This document shows positions 46,630 through 55,502 of a stretch of DNA of 64,000 nucleotides, piece by piece; position 1 is the first letter of the stretch; each line of letters starts with the position of its first letter. The position numbers were made by a program, and so were the translations under genes. The stretch lies in the sequence record NC_041975.1. One strand, 5' to 3'. The notes beneath the pieces were generated by a model. That model worked only from the letters and a program-made list of their open reading frames with translations. It was not told the DNA's origin and ran no database searches.

Positions 46630-47568
46630 ATGTTAGAGTTACTGATGTTAGGACACACCACCCAAAGCGCGGGGGGTAAGCAGGAAGACATCAAGACTGA
46701 CGTCTCGGGACTCATTGCAAAATATAGCAATGCAGGATCTATCAGCGCCTTAAATATCACCGTTGGCGCCAGCGCCGGCCTTGCAGTATATGACAACCAA
46801 TTAATCCTCATTAATCCGGGTTCGATGAGCTATTATGACATCAACACCTTTGCATTAAAGAAGAGCACAACCAACAACGTCAATATCAGCGTTAGTTTTA
46901 ACAGTGTTGCGCATCAGTCAGGCAAACATTGGTGGTTTGGTCAGGATCGTACTACCGCAGTAATTTACCATGCGGATTTAGAAACTGGGGTCATTACCAA
47001 ATACCCTACGCCACCGGTTAAGAAAGGTATGTTCTTTGCTTATAACGGCAGGCTCTGGTTAGTAGGTGGCTGGGTGGGTAGTGTTAGTAATACCACGACC
47101 ATCTACAGCATCGACTACAGCAACCCCGTGAGTTGGAGTAGCCAGCCTTTAAACACTCCATTACCTCGTCAGTTAGCGGGTGCCTCAGCCTATTTCACTA
47201 CAAATGGTTTAGTGGCGTTTGTCGGTGGCGGAGCGGTAGGTAGTTCCGGAGATACTGATGGTACAGGCTATACCAGTGTCATGCTCTTCAATCCCGATAC
47301 GTTAACCTTCACAGGCAAGACGATCTCCACACCAATGGGTGGCGGATACCACAACCCGAACTTTGTCTTCAATGATACCGCGTACCAATTTAAATACACC
47401 AACACCGGGCAGCGTTGGGCGTTAGGCGATGCCAGTCGGGAATCTAGCCTCAGTCCTGCGCCGATCATTGGCGGTTACCATAACGCATTCACCATTGCAG
47501 GTCGCGTTGCTTTCTACGGGAACAGTTACTCTACCAGTCCTGTTTATCTCTACGTTTTACCAGATTAA
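46630..47568 (+). CDS. Kelch-like beta-propeller protein, probably virion-associated
   Basis: Kelch-like blades YNGRLWLVGG, NGLVAFVGGG, AGRVAFYG; N-terminal MLELLMLG leader seen in jumbo-phage accessory virion proteins. Confidence 0.7.
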   Translation: MLELLMLGHTTQSAGGKQEDIKTDVSGLIAKYSNAGSISALNITVGASAGLAVYDNQLILINPGSMSYYDINTFALKKSTTNNVNISVSFNSVAHQSGKHWWFGQDRTTAVIYHADLETGVITKYPTPPVKKGMFFAYNGRLWLVGGWVGSVSNTTTIYSIDYSNPVSWSSQPLNTPLPRQLAGASAYFTTNGLVAFVGGGAVGSSGDTDGTGYTSVMLFNPDTLTFTGKTISTPMGGGYHNPNFVFNDTAYQFKYTNTGQRWALGDASRESSLSPAPIIGGYHNAFTIAGRVAFYGNSYSTSPVYLYVLPD

Positions 47569-47573
47569 GAACC

Positions 47574-47603
47574 GGAGAGGCGCATAGCCTCTCTCTTATG
47601 CCG
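47574..47603 (+). terminator. Hairpin + TTATGCCG
   Basis: GGAGAGGC/GCCTCTCT stem. Confidence 0.85.
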
Positions 47604-47620
47604 TCAAAAGGAAATTAACC

Positions 47621-48031
47621 ATGCGTACACTTGTTGTTGTTTTAACTGAACCGGCTGAGAACCAATCGATTGCTCTGACTATCCGTGACCCGTATCACGA
47701 GCTTACCTTTGACAAGATCGCAGGCTGGATCGAGTCAGCCACCGGTGACAGTGTATTTCGTGACAAATTCGATTTATTGTGTAACGAACACACCCTGGAA
47801 GTTTTGGTCGATGTAGTTGATGACGGCGACACGCCAACGGTGCATTTCGTCTACAGCAACACCCAGTGGAAAGATTGGGTAAAGTCAGTGGCAAAAGCTT
47901 TTGTTTACAATGACCCGCATTCTCGTAACTTCTGCACGGTGAAGGCAGCAGCCGCTTTACTGACCCGTGCGAAACCAACCCTTAGTGACCAACACAGCGA
48001 TCTGCGTGGCATTGCCTACGTCGAGGAGTAA
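47621..48031 (+). CDS. Hypothetical protein
   Basis: 136 aa; AAGGA RBS. Confidence 0.65.
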   Translation: MRTLVVVLTEPAENQSIALTIRDPYHELTFDKIAGWIESATGDSVFRDKFDLLCNEHTLEVLVDVVDDGDTPTVHFVYSNTQWKDWVKSVAKAFVYNDPHSRNFCTVKAAAALLTRAKPTLSDQHSDLRGIAYVEE

Positions 48032-48033
48032 TC

Positions 48034-48465
48034 ATGGACAACAAGATTCAAGTCGTTATCTTATCGGATGATTCGTATCAGCAACGCTTCCTATTCCTGG
48101 AAGTCCCTGCGCTTGTGAACAACACCGATACCGACATCACCGTCCGCAAGCTTATTAATGAAGCGACCGCAAAAGGCCGCCCTGATTTTAACGTCTCTCT
48201 GATCAGTGCAGGGATCGGTATGATTGCTGGTTCCAATAATGTTACCATGGAATACCAGATCAAAGCGAACTGCTCAGGTGCCGCTGGTGAGATCGCTGAG
48301 TATATCCGCACCGTAGGTAACTACGAGCGGGTACAGGTAGCAACTAAACCCCACATCGCTCTGGCAATGCTACACAACGAAGACTGGGTAGGTAAGCAAA
48401 CCATCGATCTGATGGATGCAACGCCATTCCTGACCATCACTCCAGTTACTGAAGAGACCTGCTAA
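48034..48465 (+). CDS. Hypothetical protein
   Basis: 143 aa; GAGGAG RBS. Confidence 0.65.
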   Translation: MDNKIQVVILSDDSYQQRFLFLEVPALVNNTDTDITVRKLINEATAKGRPDFNVSLISAGIGMIAGSNNVTMEYQIKANCSGAAGEIAEYIRTVGNYERVQVATKPHIALAMLHNEDWVGKQTIDLMDATPFLTITPVTEETC

Positions 48466-48466
48466 C

Positions 48467-49420
48467 ATGGCTGAAGTCATTAAACGCTCGCCGGGGATGA
48501 ATCACCATCCGGCACACCCTGGTATCTGGGTGCCCTTCGAAAGCTATCGTCTGAAAGACTACTACGACATCAAACTGAAAACCGGTGAGGTGTATAAGTG
48601 CTGGTACCCGAACGCCACCGCCTGGTCACCCCGGGGTGAATTGGTCGAAGGTCAGCCGGGTCGGGTAGAAGATGATGACGTGGTGGAGATCCGCCTGTTA
48701 CCCGATGAAGAGATCACTGACCGTTATTGGTTTAAAGGCGATGATCGTCTGAAGCGCAATATCGATTTCTTTGGGGATGTATTGCCGGAAGTGATCACCG
48801 CCGAAGATGGCACGGTAACCTTTAAACCGATCACGCGACGCGTGTTTGATGAGCTGGTGACCAGTAGTTGGGATGGCGAGAAAGCGATCTGGCTACGGGA
48901 GGATGAGTTATCCGTCGAGGAGCTCAAGACCAGGCTCTGGAGTGAGAAGGGTGACATCGATCCTGATTCGATACTGGGTCGGTCATTCACCACTTATCTG
49001 ACGCTACTCTGCACCCAGGCCAAGTACGAGCTTGAGTTGCTGGAAGTACCGTGGAAGGGCAGTACGTTCTACATGAACCTGATGAGCCCCACTGACTATC
49101 AGCGTGAAGCGTGTCTGAATGCAGTGGTCAAACTTGAAGAGTTGGCCGCACAGAAGCAGGCTGAGGAGCGTTTACCTTCTACGCCTTGTCGTGGTGTTGT
49201 TCCCCATCTGCGTAAACAGCGTGCGGCGGTCACGGCAGCGGCGCATACATTGGTATCTGCCTTGGATCGTAAAGCGATAGCTGGCGCCAAGCACATGAAA
49301 GGTGATCGCTTTGTTACCAAAGGCGAAGCACGGGTAGTCGCTGGTCAGAAACTGACCGGGAAGCAATTACGTAAACTGCAGAAGAAACAACGGAGGGCTG
49401 AACGTGGAACAGTCGAATGA
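48467..49420 (+). CDS. Hypothetical protein with basic C-terminus
   Basis: 317 aa; K/R-rich tail. Confidence 0.7.
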   Translation: MAEVIKRSPGMNHHPAHPGIWVPFESYRLKDYYDIKLKTGEVYKCWYPNATAWSPRGELVEGQPGRVEDDDVVEIRLLPDEEITDRYWFKGDDRLKRNIDFFGDVLPEVITAEDGTVTFKPITRRVFDELVTSSWDGEKAIWLREDELSVEELKTRLWSEKGDIDPDSILGRSFTTYLTLLCTQAKYELELLEVPWKGSTFYMNLMSPTDYQREACLNAVVKLEELAAQKQAEERLPSTPCRGVVPHLRKQRAAVTAAAHTLVSALDRKAIAGAKHMKGDRFVTKGEARVVAGQKLTGKQLRKLQKKQRRAERGTVE

Positions 49421-49712
49421 AGAAATCAAACTGATCAGTGGTGATGAAGAACGTGGCGAAGCTTCGTATTTAGTCGAAAGTGAATACGAAGCCCGTGACG
49501 CGTATCAGCATTTCATTGAGCACTATACTGGCGATTCAATCACCGATGGCGAAGATCAGTGGCATACGGTTGCCAGTGAAGGATTCCTCAGTGACCTTGA
49601 CTATCCGGTGATTGTGATCTTCTACATCAACTGGGATCATGCTGATCGTCATGAAGTGAAGTCAGTTCCCGTCAATGGTTTGAGTGCGCTTGCGCCTCAT
49701 CTGTTTAAATAA
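49404..49712 (+). CDS. Acidic hypothetical protein
   Basis: GTG start with GGAGG RBS. Confidence 0.6.
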   Translation: MEQSNEEIKLISGDEERGEASYLVESEYEARDAYQHFIEHYTGDSITDGEDQWHTVASEGFLSDLDYPVIVIFYINWDHADRHEVKSVPVNGLSALAPHLFK

Positions 49713-49737
49713 GTTCCATTAACCCAAAGAGGTAATT

Positions 49738-50031
49738 ATGTCGTTCACACTGTCAAAGAAACTCGTTCCTGTTCTGCTCACCGCAAAAGACGGCCGTAAG
49801 TACGCCGTTGTTAATGGTGGTAACCGCGCCAAGCTGACCCTCGGCTTTGATGACGGGATCAGTCAGGAGGTTGCTGTGCCTTCTGAGCAGATTCCTGAAG
49901 AAGCGCGCACCAACGGCACCAAACTGTATTTCGATGCAGAAGGTGCGGTGACGGGCTGGGATGCAGCACCGGGTGGAAAGACGAAGTCAAGCACGACTGC
50001 CGGATCAATGACCATGCGTCGTCCTGGCTAA
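49738..50031 (+). CDS. Hypothetical protein
   Basis: 97 aa; GAGGT RBS. Confidence 0.7.
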   Translation: MSFTLSKKLVPVLLTAKDGRKYAVVNGGNRAKLTLGFDDGISQEVAVPSEQIPEEARTNGTKLYFDAEGAVTGWDAAPGGKTKSSTTAGSMTMRRPG

Positions 50032-50039
50032 ACCATCAG

Positions 50040-50065
50040 GGGGAGGGAAACCTCCCCTTATGCCG
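50040..50065 (+). terminator. Hairpin (GAAA) + TTATGCCG
   Basis: GGGGAGG-GAAA-CCTCCCC. Confidence 0.85.
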
Positions 50066-50077
50066 TATGGAGGGGTT

Positions 50078-50608
50078 ATGAGTTTATTGATCTACACTGA
50101 CGGGCTGTTAATCGGTGATCGTCGGGGAACACGTAATGCAGAGCATGAGCGATTCATCCGTGACATGAAGAAGACCCATGTTTCGAAATGCAAACGCTTA
50201 GCGTTAGGGGTGGTAGGGGAAGAGATTCATCCAACAGATCTGCCAAAGGTGATGACCTTCTTTATTAACTCGCTGACCGATCACTATCACCGTGAGCATG
50301 ATGTGGGCTATGCCCACAGTTATAGCGAAGAAGAGTCATTGGTAGCTGGCCTTGAGAATCGTCGTTTTATCCTGATGACAGCTGACCGGGCTTTTATCAT
50401 TAACTTCGGCTCTTTGACTGAGATCACTCACGAGCCCTGGTATTGCTCAGGCAACGGAATGGCGATGGCCGATGTCTTTCTGACTGCAGGGATGTCGCCG
50501 GGGAAAGTAATTGAAGCGGTAGCCAAACTCAATCTGGAAGTGGGGCATTCATTTACCCGTGTCGAACAGTCTCGTTTAAAACCCTTGATTAAGAAGGTGG
50601 AAGAATGA
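50078..50608 (+). CDS. HslV/proteasome-beta (Ntn hydrolase)-like protein
   Basis: MSLLIYTDGLLIGDRR N-terminus, LALGVVG and CSGNGMAMA...AG....VIEAVAK, matching the Ntn TT....DG.LA.DS / GSG...A pattern. Confidence 0.55.
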   Translation: MSLLIYTDGLLIGDRRGTRNAEHERFIRDMKKTHVSKCKRLALGVVGEEIHPTDLPKVMTFFINSLTDHYHREHDVGYAHSYSEEESLVAGLENRRFILMTADRAFIINFGSLTEITHEPWYCSGNGMAMADVFLTAGMSPGKVIEAVAKLNLEVGHSFTRVEQSRLKPLIKKVEE

Positions 50609-51117
50609 GCGGCATATTCGCAGCCCAAGGACGTAACCTGGTGTTTCCTACTCAACTAGAAAAAGGGAGTGGGCTTTATTACACCCCGCCTCCTGAAGCG
50701 TTCTGGATGCCTTGGGGGCGATACTTCCCTCTTTCGGCCTCGGGCTTTAACATCCTCGAACATTTCATGACCGGTGGTGACATACCCAGGGAGAGTTCTC
50801 ACCATACTCACGTGTTAGGCATTCTGGTCACACCAAACGGACTGATCTACGAATACATCAATACCGTTGAAGGGATTAGACGGCGGGTTGTTCCTTTGGG
50901 TAAAGGTGCGGTGTATTGTCGCTCTGCCGACCCCCTGCTGGAAGAAGCTATGACGGCAGCGATGGTGGTGCATGATCAGCTGGTTGATGCCATTACGCTG
51001 GTGAGTAAGTCCCGCAAACTGATGGCCCATCAGTACAAATATACAACACTGGACAAAGTATATGCGGAAATAAAGGAACGTAAAATTGTCCTGCAACCGC
51101 CCACGAGGAACCACTAA
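50605..51117 (+). CDS. Possible second, more degenerate Ntn-like paralogue
   Basis: MSGIFAAQG start and AMTAAMVVHDQLVDAITLVSK helix pair; overlapping stop/start with the previous gene. Confidence 0.5.
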   Translation: MSGIFAAQGRNLVFPTQLEKGSGLYYTPPPEAFWMPWGRYFPLSASGFNILEHFMTGGDIPRESSHHTHVLGILVTPNGLIYEYINTVEGIRRRVVPLGKGAVYCRSADPLLEEAMTAAMVVHDQLVDAITLVSKSRKLMAHQYKYTTLDKVYAEIKERKIVLQPPTRNH

Positions 51118-51147
51118 TTTAACCCCTGTTTATATAGAAAGGAAAAT

Positions 51148-51594
51148 ATGAACAACTTTATCAACGATGCTTTAGATATCATTGAACTTAACGAAAGTAG
51201 TGCACGTACTGAACTCTGCCGCAAGCAGGAAGCTTCGTTACCGGCCTATATTCTCAAACTGGCGACCCGACTGGCCAAGAAGATTGCCTATGCAGTTAGC
51301 TTAATGGAGAGACGCGATGAAGGGTATGTTCGTCTTGGTACTTATAGCGATCGCTGGTTACTCTGTTTTGGTGACCGCATCAGCCGTTATGGCATGCATA
51401 CGTCGGGTAAACATGCGCTCTATCTTACCTTGGATTGGGCTACTTTTATCCGTGACCATAAGTTATTTGACGTGGCAAATCACCTACTTCAATTGGCTCT
51501 GGGTAAGTTGCTTCCTGGGCATTGTGTGTTACTGGGCGGTGAAACACCCAAACACGAATTCGAGTTCGTGATCTGCAAACAAACAACAAAATAA
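51148..51594 (+). CDS. Hypothetical protein
   Basis: 148 aa; AAGGA RBS. Confidence 0.65.
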   Translation: MNNFINDALDIIELNESSARTELCRKQEASLPAYILKLATRLAKKIAYAVSLMERRDEGYVRLGTYSDRWLLCFGDRISRYGMHTSGKHALYLTLDWATFIRDHKLFDVANHLLQLALGKLLPGHCVLLGGETPKHEFEFVICKQTTK

Positions 51595-51605
51595 GAGAGG
51601 GCGTC

Positions 51606-52025
51606 ATGCCACAGCGTGGTACAACACCAAGCTTTGCAGAATTCACACAGCAAGAACTGGCAGAGAAGGTAATCCCGATACTGCCAGATTACTGTAACCG
51701 TCTTTGTGGGGTCATGATCAGCACATGCTTTGCACATCGCGTTGGACTTACTGACAAATCTGTACTGCGTTTTGCTGAGTATCACTTCAACCCCACGCCC
51801 GACCTAGCGCGACAAACAGACTGGTCGGTGGAAGTGCGAAGTGAGCAGTGTGTGGTTTATGAACTCAACATCCCCAAGTTTGTCCACGAGGCTGGATTGG
51901 TAAAGCAGTTTTTAGATATCCTCTCCAGCCATCTTGAACTTTATTTCACTGACAGTAAGGTGCTCCTCGGTCATGTACTCCCGCCGTGCTTCCTTACTAT
52001 CCGCATTGAGAAAACAACACCATGA
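51606..52025 (+). CDS. Hypothetical protein
   Basis: 139 aa; GAGG RBS. Confidence 0.65.
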   Translation: MPQRGTTPSFAEFTQQELAEKVIPILPDYCNRLCGVMISTCFAHRVGLTDKSVLRFAEYHFNPTPDLARQTDWSVEVRSEQCVVYELNIPKFVHEAGLVKQFLDILSSHLELYFTDSKVLLGHVLPPCFLTIRIEKTTP

Positions 52026-52789
52026 ATCTTTATCTCGTCTCTGACAGTCGTTATACCCCGCCAGGTGATTTCTACAATAACTGGTTAGTCCACGCTAATA
52101 GTCGTGACAATGCCGCGATGTTGTGTAATTCACGTTGTCTGGTTGATACCTTTGAGATCGGTAGCCTGAACTACAACAACGGCGAACTGATCATGATGCA
52201 CAAGACCGTCCAGCACACGGATGAACCGCGTCTGAAGCAGAAGGTTGGTGATGCACTGTATTATCCTTTAACGGTATCACCTGACAGCAGTGCCTTTGAC
52301 CGTATCATTGGTGAGATCGTGAACAAAGCCGCCTCTCCGTTACCGGAAGGTGTCTCTGTCGATCGCCTTCTCATCAATGCTGACAGTCCTGAAGCGCTGT
52401 TCTTTATCTCGCGCCATGACTTTGGTAGTTCGCGTTGTTACTACAAAATCCCCAGTGAACTCGACAGCCAGATCTCTAAACTGCTGGACTTCAATAAAGG
52501 CGAGCGTATTCCCCGTACGTCCCACGAACCGGTCGTGCTCTCCTGGCGTAGTCGACTGTCCCTCATGATCGCGCGTCAGCATGATGATGCGTACAACCAT
52601 GAGAAGCTGGAGATCTACCGTAAAATGGCATTTGATCTGGTAGCTGCTGCGACTGACCACGAGAACGCTGCACTCGCGATACTGGACCCGGACCAACCCG
52701 AATTCAAAGTCTGGATGCCCGGGATTGATGAAGAGAAGATCCATCAAGCGCTGGATGCGTTTGGCGCACCACGTCAGTTAGGGGAATAG
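52022..52789 (+). CDS. Hypothetical protein
   Basis: 255 aa; ATGA overlap with the previous gene. Confidence 0.7.
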   Translation: MNLYLVSDSRYTPPGDFYNNWLVHANSRDNAAMLCNSRCLVDTFEIGSLNYNNGELIMMHKTVQHTDEPRLKQKVGDALYYPLTVSPDSSAFDRIIGEIVNKAASPLPEGVSVDRLLINADSPEALFFISRHDFGSSRCYYKIPSELDSQISKLLDFNKGERIPRTSHEPVVLSWRSRLSLMIARQHDDAYNHEKLEIYRKMAFDLVAAATDHENAALAILDPDQPEFKVWMPGIDEEKIHQALDAFGAPRQLGE

Positions 52790-52806
52790 CCTATTAGGAG
52801 CTGTTT

Positions 52807-53397
52807 ATGGAGAGGATAACATTAGCTTGGCTAAGAGCTAATCAAGGAAGGAAATCTCTGGAAGATCGTTTGTTTCAATTCGGTCACGTTTATAGTGAGA
52901 GAGATTCCTGTTTCACCTGGCGTGGGATGGTGGATAATTACGGCTACGGAAAGATAAAGGTTAAAAGTAGATTGGTGGGTGCACACAAACTGTCTTATCT
53001 GCTATTCAAAGGGGATATTCCAGAAGGTATGGTAGTTAGACACACGTGCGATAACCCAGTCTGTATTAACCCCTCTCATTTAATCGCGGGTACGGTAAAG
53101 CAAAACGTTCATGATGCAATAGCAAAAGGCCGTGCTTCTTTTCAGAATGTTATCAATTCATCGGTATGTAAGTTTCTGCCGGCCAACGCTATTATTATGG
53201 TAGATAGAAAGATAGGCCCACTACTATGTTATGCAACAACCCGGCGATTAGCCCTTGCTGATAATTCTAAAGTTTACTGGGGTCGTCCGTGTAGGTCACA
53301 CGGCATGCCTTGGAGAAGAACCAGTAATGGCGAATGTGTCTATTGCAGACACGAATACCGAGCAGGTGTGAAGTATACACCTAATGGAAAGAGGTGA
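52807..53397 (+). mobile_element. Free-standing HNH homing endonuclease
   Basis: CFTWRG...GYG....AHKLSY...GDIPEGMVVRHTCDNPVCINPSHL..GT..QN..D..KGR plus a C-terminal CxxH...CxxC. More AT-rich than neighbours and uses AGA codons; AGGAG RBS. Confidence 0.9.
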
Positions 53398-53412
53398 TCC
53401 CTTTATCTTCCG

Positions 53413-53488
53413 CGGGTGAGGGTTAGAACCCGGCTGTGGCCGCATAGCCAAAGTCGGTTAATCAAAGTCGACGGATTTGGATTACCCG
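53413..53488 (+). ncRNA. Candidate structured RNA (four-way junction) downstream of the HNH gene
   Basis: Closing stem CGGGTGA/TTACCCG encloses hairpins GGGT-TAGA-ACCC, GGCTGTG-GCCG-CATAGCC and GTCGG...TCGAC. Folded by eye only. Confidence 0.35.
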
Positions 53489-53550
53489 GCGTGACTTGTC
53501 ATTGTTTCACTTTGTTCTACTACACAAACAGCTCAACTCTCTCATAATTC

Positions 53551-53581
53551 AAGGGGTGGGGTAACTCACCCCTTTATGCCG
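53551..53581 (+). terminator. Hairpin + TATGCCG
   Basis: AAGGGGTGGG-GTAA-CTCACCCCTT. Confidence 0.85.
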
Positions 53582-53596
53582 CAAGGATCTATTATC

Positions 53597-53929
53597 ATGC
53601 AGGAATTCTTCAAAAGCTACGGCACGTACTTCTTTGATGTACTCATGTTTATCATGGTGTTCGCCTGGTGTTTCTGTGGCAGTGGCGGCACACGTCATGA
53701 CAAAAACAAATGGTTGCGTTACGGCGCACCTGTTGCATTGGGTCTTTTTGTTGTGCTGGTCGTCCACGGGTTTGGTGCATTTGATCGTTATCTGGAAAGG
53801 AATAAGTGCGCTGACTTACCAATAGGTGTCGGCGTAATGATTGAAGGCCGCTGCTACAAGCGCGTTGATGGACCCGTGTACATATCCGCCGACAGTACCG
53901 TGTACAAGGAGAGCAATGTACATGACTGA
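53597..53929 (+). CDS. Small 2-TM membrane protein
   Basis: AAGGA RBS; two hydrophobic segments. Confidence 0.65.
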   Translation: MQEFFKSYGTYFFDVLMFIMVFAWCFCGSGGTRHDKNKWLRYGAPVALGLFVVLVVHGFGAFDRYLERNKCADLPIGVGVMIEGRCYKRVDGPVYISADSTVYKESNVHD

Positions 53930-54125
53930 TTTGTGGTTGTACATTGCAATCTTTCTGCTCTGTTATATCTGGGCATTCTTCGGTCTTCCACCTACCGGTA
54001 ATAAAAGAAAGCTTTATCTGTATCCGGGAATCGTTGCAGTAGCGTTCTGTTTAGGTGTAATGGCGATTAAGAACTGCAGTGATTCAACCACACGATATCA
54101 ACCGCTGTACAACGTGCATCAATAA
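53922..54125 (+). CDS. Small 2-TM membrane protein
   Basis: AAGGAG RBS; ATG 53916 or 53922. Confidence 0.6.
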   Translation: MTDLWLYIAIFLLCYIWAFFGLPPTGNKRKLYLYPGIVAVAFCLGVMAIKNCSDSTTRYQPLYNVHQ

Positions 54126-54128
54126 CGG

Positions 54129-54156
54129 GAGGAGGCTTTGGCCTCCTCTTATGCCG
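54129..54156 (+). terminator. Hairpin + TTATGCCG
   Basis: GAGGAGGC-TTTG-GCCTCCTC. Confidence 0.85.
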
Positions 54157-54226
54157 ACTATTCTTTTTTGGTTATTTCCTACATCTACCCGCAAATCATT
54201 TAGCCCATTATACACTGGAGTTGTTC

Positions 54227-54781
54227 ATGGAAAAGATTACGAGTGATACGATCCTTGCTAAGTTACGTGAGGTGGCAGAAACAAACAAAGAAAACCAACA
54301 TCGGAAACTCCGCTCAATAAGCCAAACCATGGCGTACAACATTGAAGCGATCGTCGAGTTGATTGCCTTATCCGGTGAGATGCACCTTGATCTGCTTGAT
54401 CGATACAAGGTTGATGCGATCATAGAGCCGCATTACAAAGGCAATCAACGGGCTTATAGTCGACTGAGTCATACCGCCTCTATTCACACGGGGATGGAGT
54501 ACCTTGCCGGCAACGCGCACATCTACACCAACAACGAGGGTAAAGAAGCGGTACGAATCGTCTGTACCTTTAAGTTTAAACGCGACTTCCTGCAACCTAG
54601 CTTATTACCTAAGGTACTTCACTACTGTCTGCAGGAGCTTCAACCGCAGTTTGATGATGGCGGCAGTAGCGTCTTCTTCCACACACCGGGTGAGTTAGAT
54701 AATCCCCGTCTTAAAGCCATTCCGGGCTGGCACGTCGACGCTAACGTCCGTGATAACTCCATTGTCATTAGTTTACGTTAA
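54227..54781 (+). CDS. Hypothetical protein
   Basis: GGAG RBS before ATG 54227. Confidence 0.7.
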   Translation: MEKITSDTILAKLREVAETNKENQHRKLRSISQTMAYNIEAIVELIALSGEMHLDLLDRYKVDAIIEPHYKGNQRAYSRLSHTASIHTGMEYLAGNAHIYTNNEGKEAVRIVCTFKFKRDFLQPSLLPKVLHYCLQELQPQFDDGGSSVFFHTPGELDNPRLKAIPGWHVDANVRDNSIVISLR

Positions 54782-54791
54782 GGAACCAAAC

Positions 54792-55502
54792 ATGATCGTT
54801 GTTGTTGTTGATACTGAATCGACTGCTTTGGATGAGCTCGCGGGTATTCTGAGTTTGTCCGCTATTCGCACTAACGTGGCTGACATGAGTTGCATCAAGC
54901 ACCTGATCGGCGTGCACCAAGCCGGCAAGACGCATGACGACATCTTCCATGCCGTATTGAACCTCAATGAACAATACGTGATGGGTCGTACCTTCTTGCA
55001 AAGCACGCAGGATTGGTGGATGAAGAAAACCACCCCGGCGGCGAAGGCTTCAGTAACCGGACCAACGCAGTCTGCAAAAGATGCTTTGACAGCATTTGTG
55101 GTTTTCATCGAAAAGGCCATTGAGGCGACGATTAACGAACGCGGGGAGAAAGCGAAGGTCCAGCTGTACTACCGTGGCGACTTCGATGCTAAAGCCATTG
55201 CGTCCCTGGCAAAAGCGGTGGGTGTTGAACTCCCGTATATTTTCAATCAGAACAAAGAGATCCGCACATATATCGATGCCAAGCTGGACACGGATATCGG
55301 TTATATCCCGTGGCTCGGTTACCCAGAAGGACTGGGGCGTCATAGCTCACTCGATGATGTTCTAATCGATGGCTTCGAGATGGCGGTGGCCTATCGCATC
55401 AATCACCTCGAAAAGTTCGATAAAAAGTCGGTGCCGGGCGAGATCGCCAAACTGAAAGAAACGTACCCTGTTCCGGAGAAAACCCATGCAAAATCTAAAT
55501 GA
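54792..55502 (+). CDS. DEDDh-family 3'-5' exonuclease
   Basis: ExoI VVVDTESTAL, ExoII RGDFDAKAI, ExoIII HSSLDDV; AAGGA RBS. Confidence 0.82.
   Translation: MIVVVVDTESTALDELAGILSLSAIRTNVADMSCIKHLIGVHQAGKTHDDIFHAVLNLNEQYVMGRTFLQSTQDWWMKKTTPAAKASVTGPTQSAKDALTAFVVFIEKAIEATINERGEKAKVQLYYRGDFDAKAIASLAKAVGVELPYIFNQNKEIRTYIDAKLDTDIGYIPWLGYPEGLGRHSSLDDVLIDGFEMAVAYRINHLEKFDKKSVPGEIAKLKETYPVPEKTHAKSK

Noticed and set aside
53413-53488. tRNA call for the 76-nt cloverleaf-like element
   Set aside because: No TTCRA T-loop, no D-loop GG in position, no 7-nt anticodon loop and no CCA; kept only as a candidate structured RNA.
52790-53550. Group I intron containing the HNH gene
   Set aside because: No recognisable P7/R/S elements, flanking genes look complete, and the HNH gene has its own RBS, so it is treated as free-standing.
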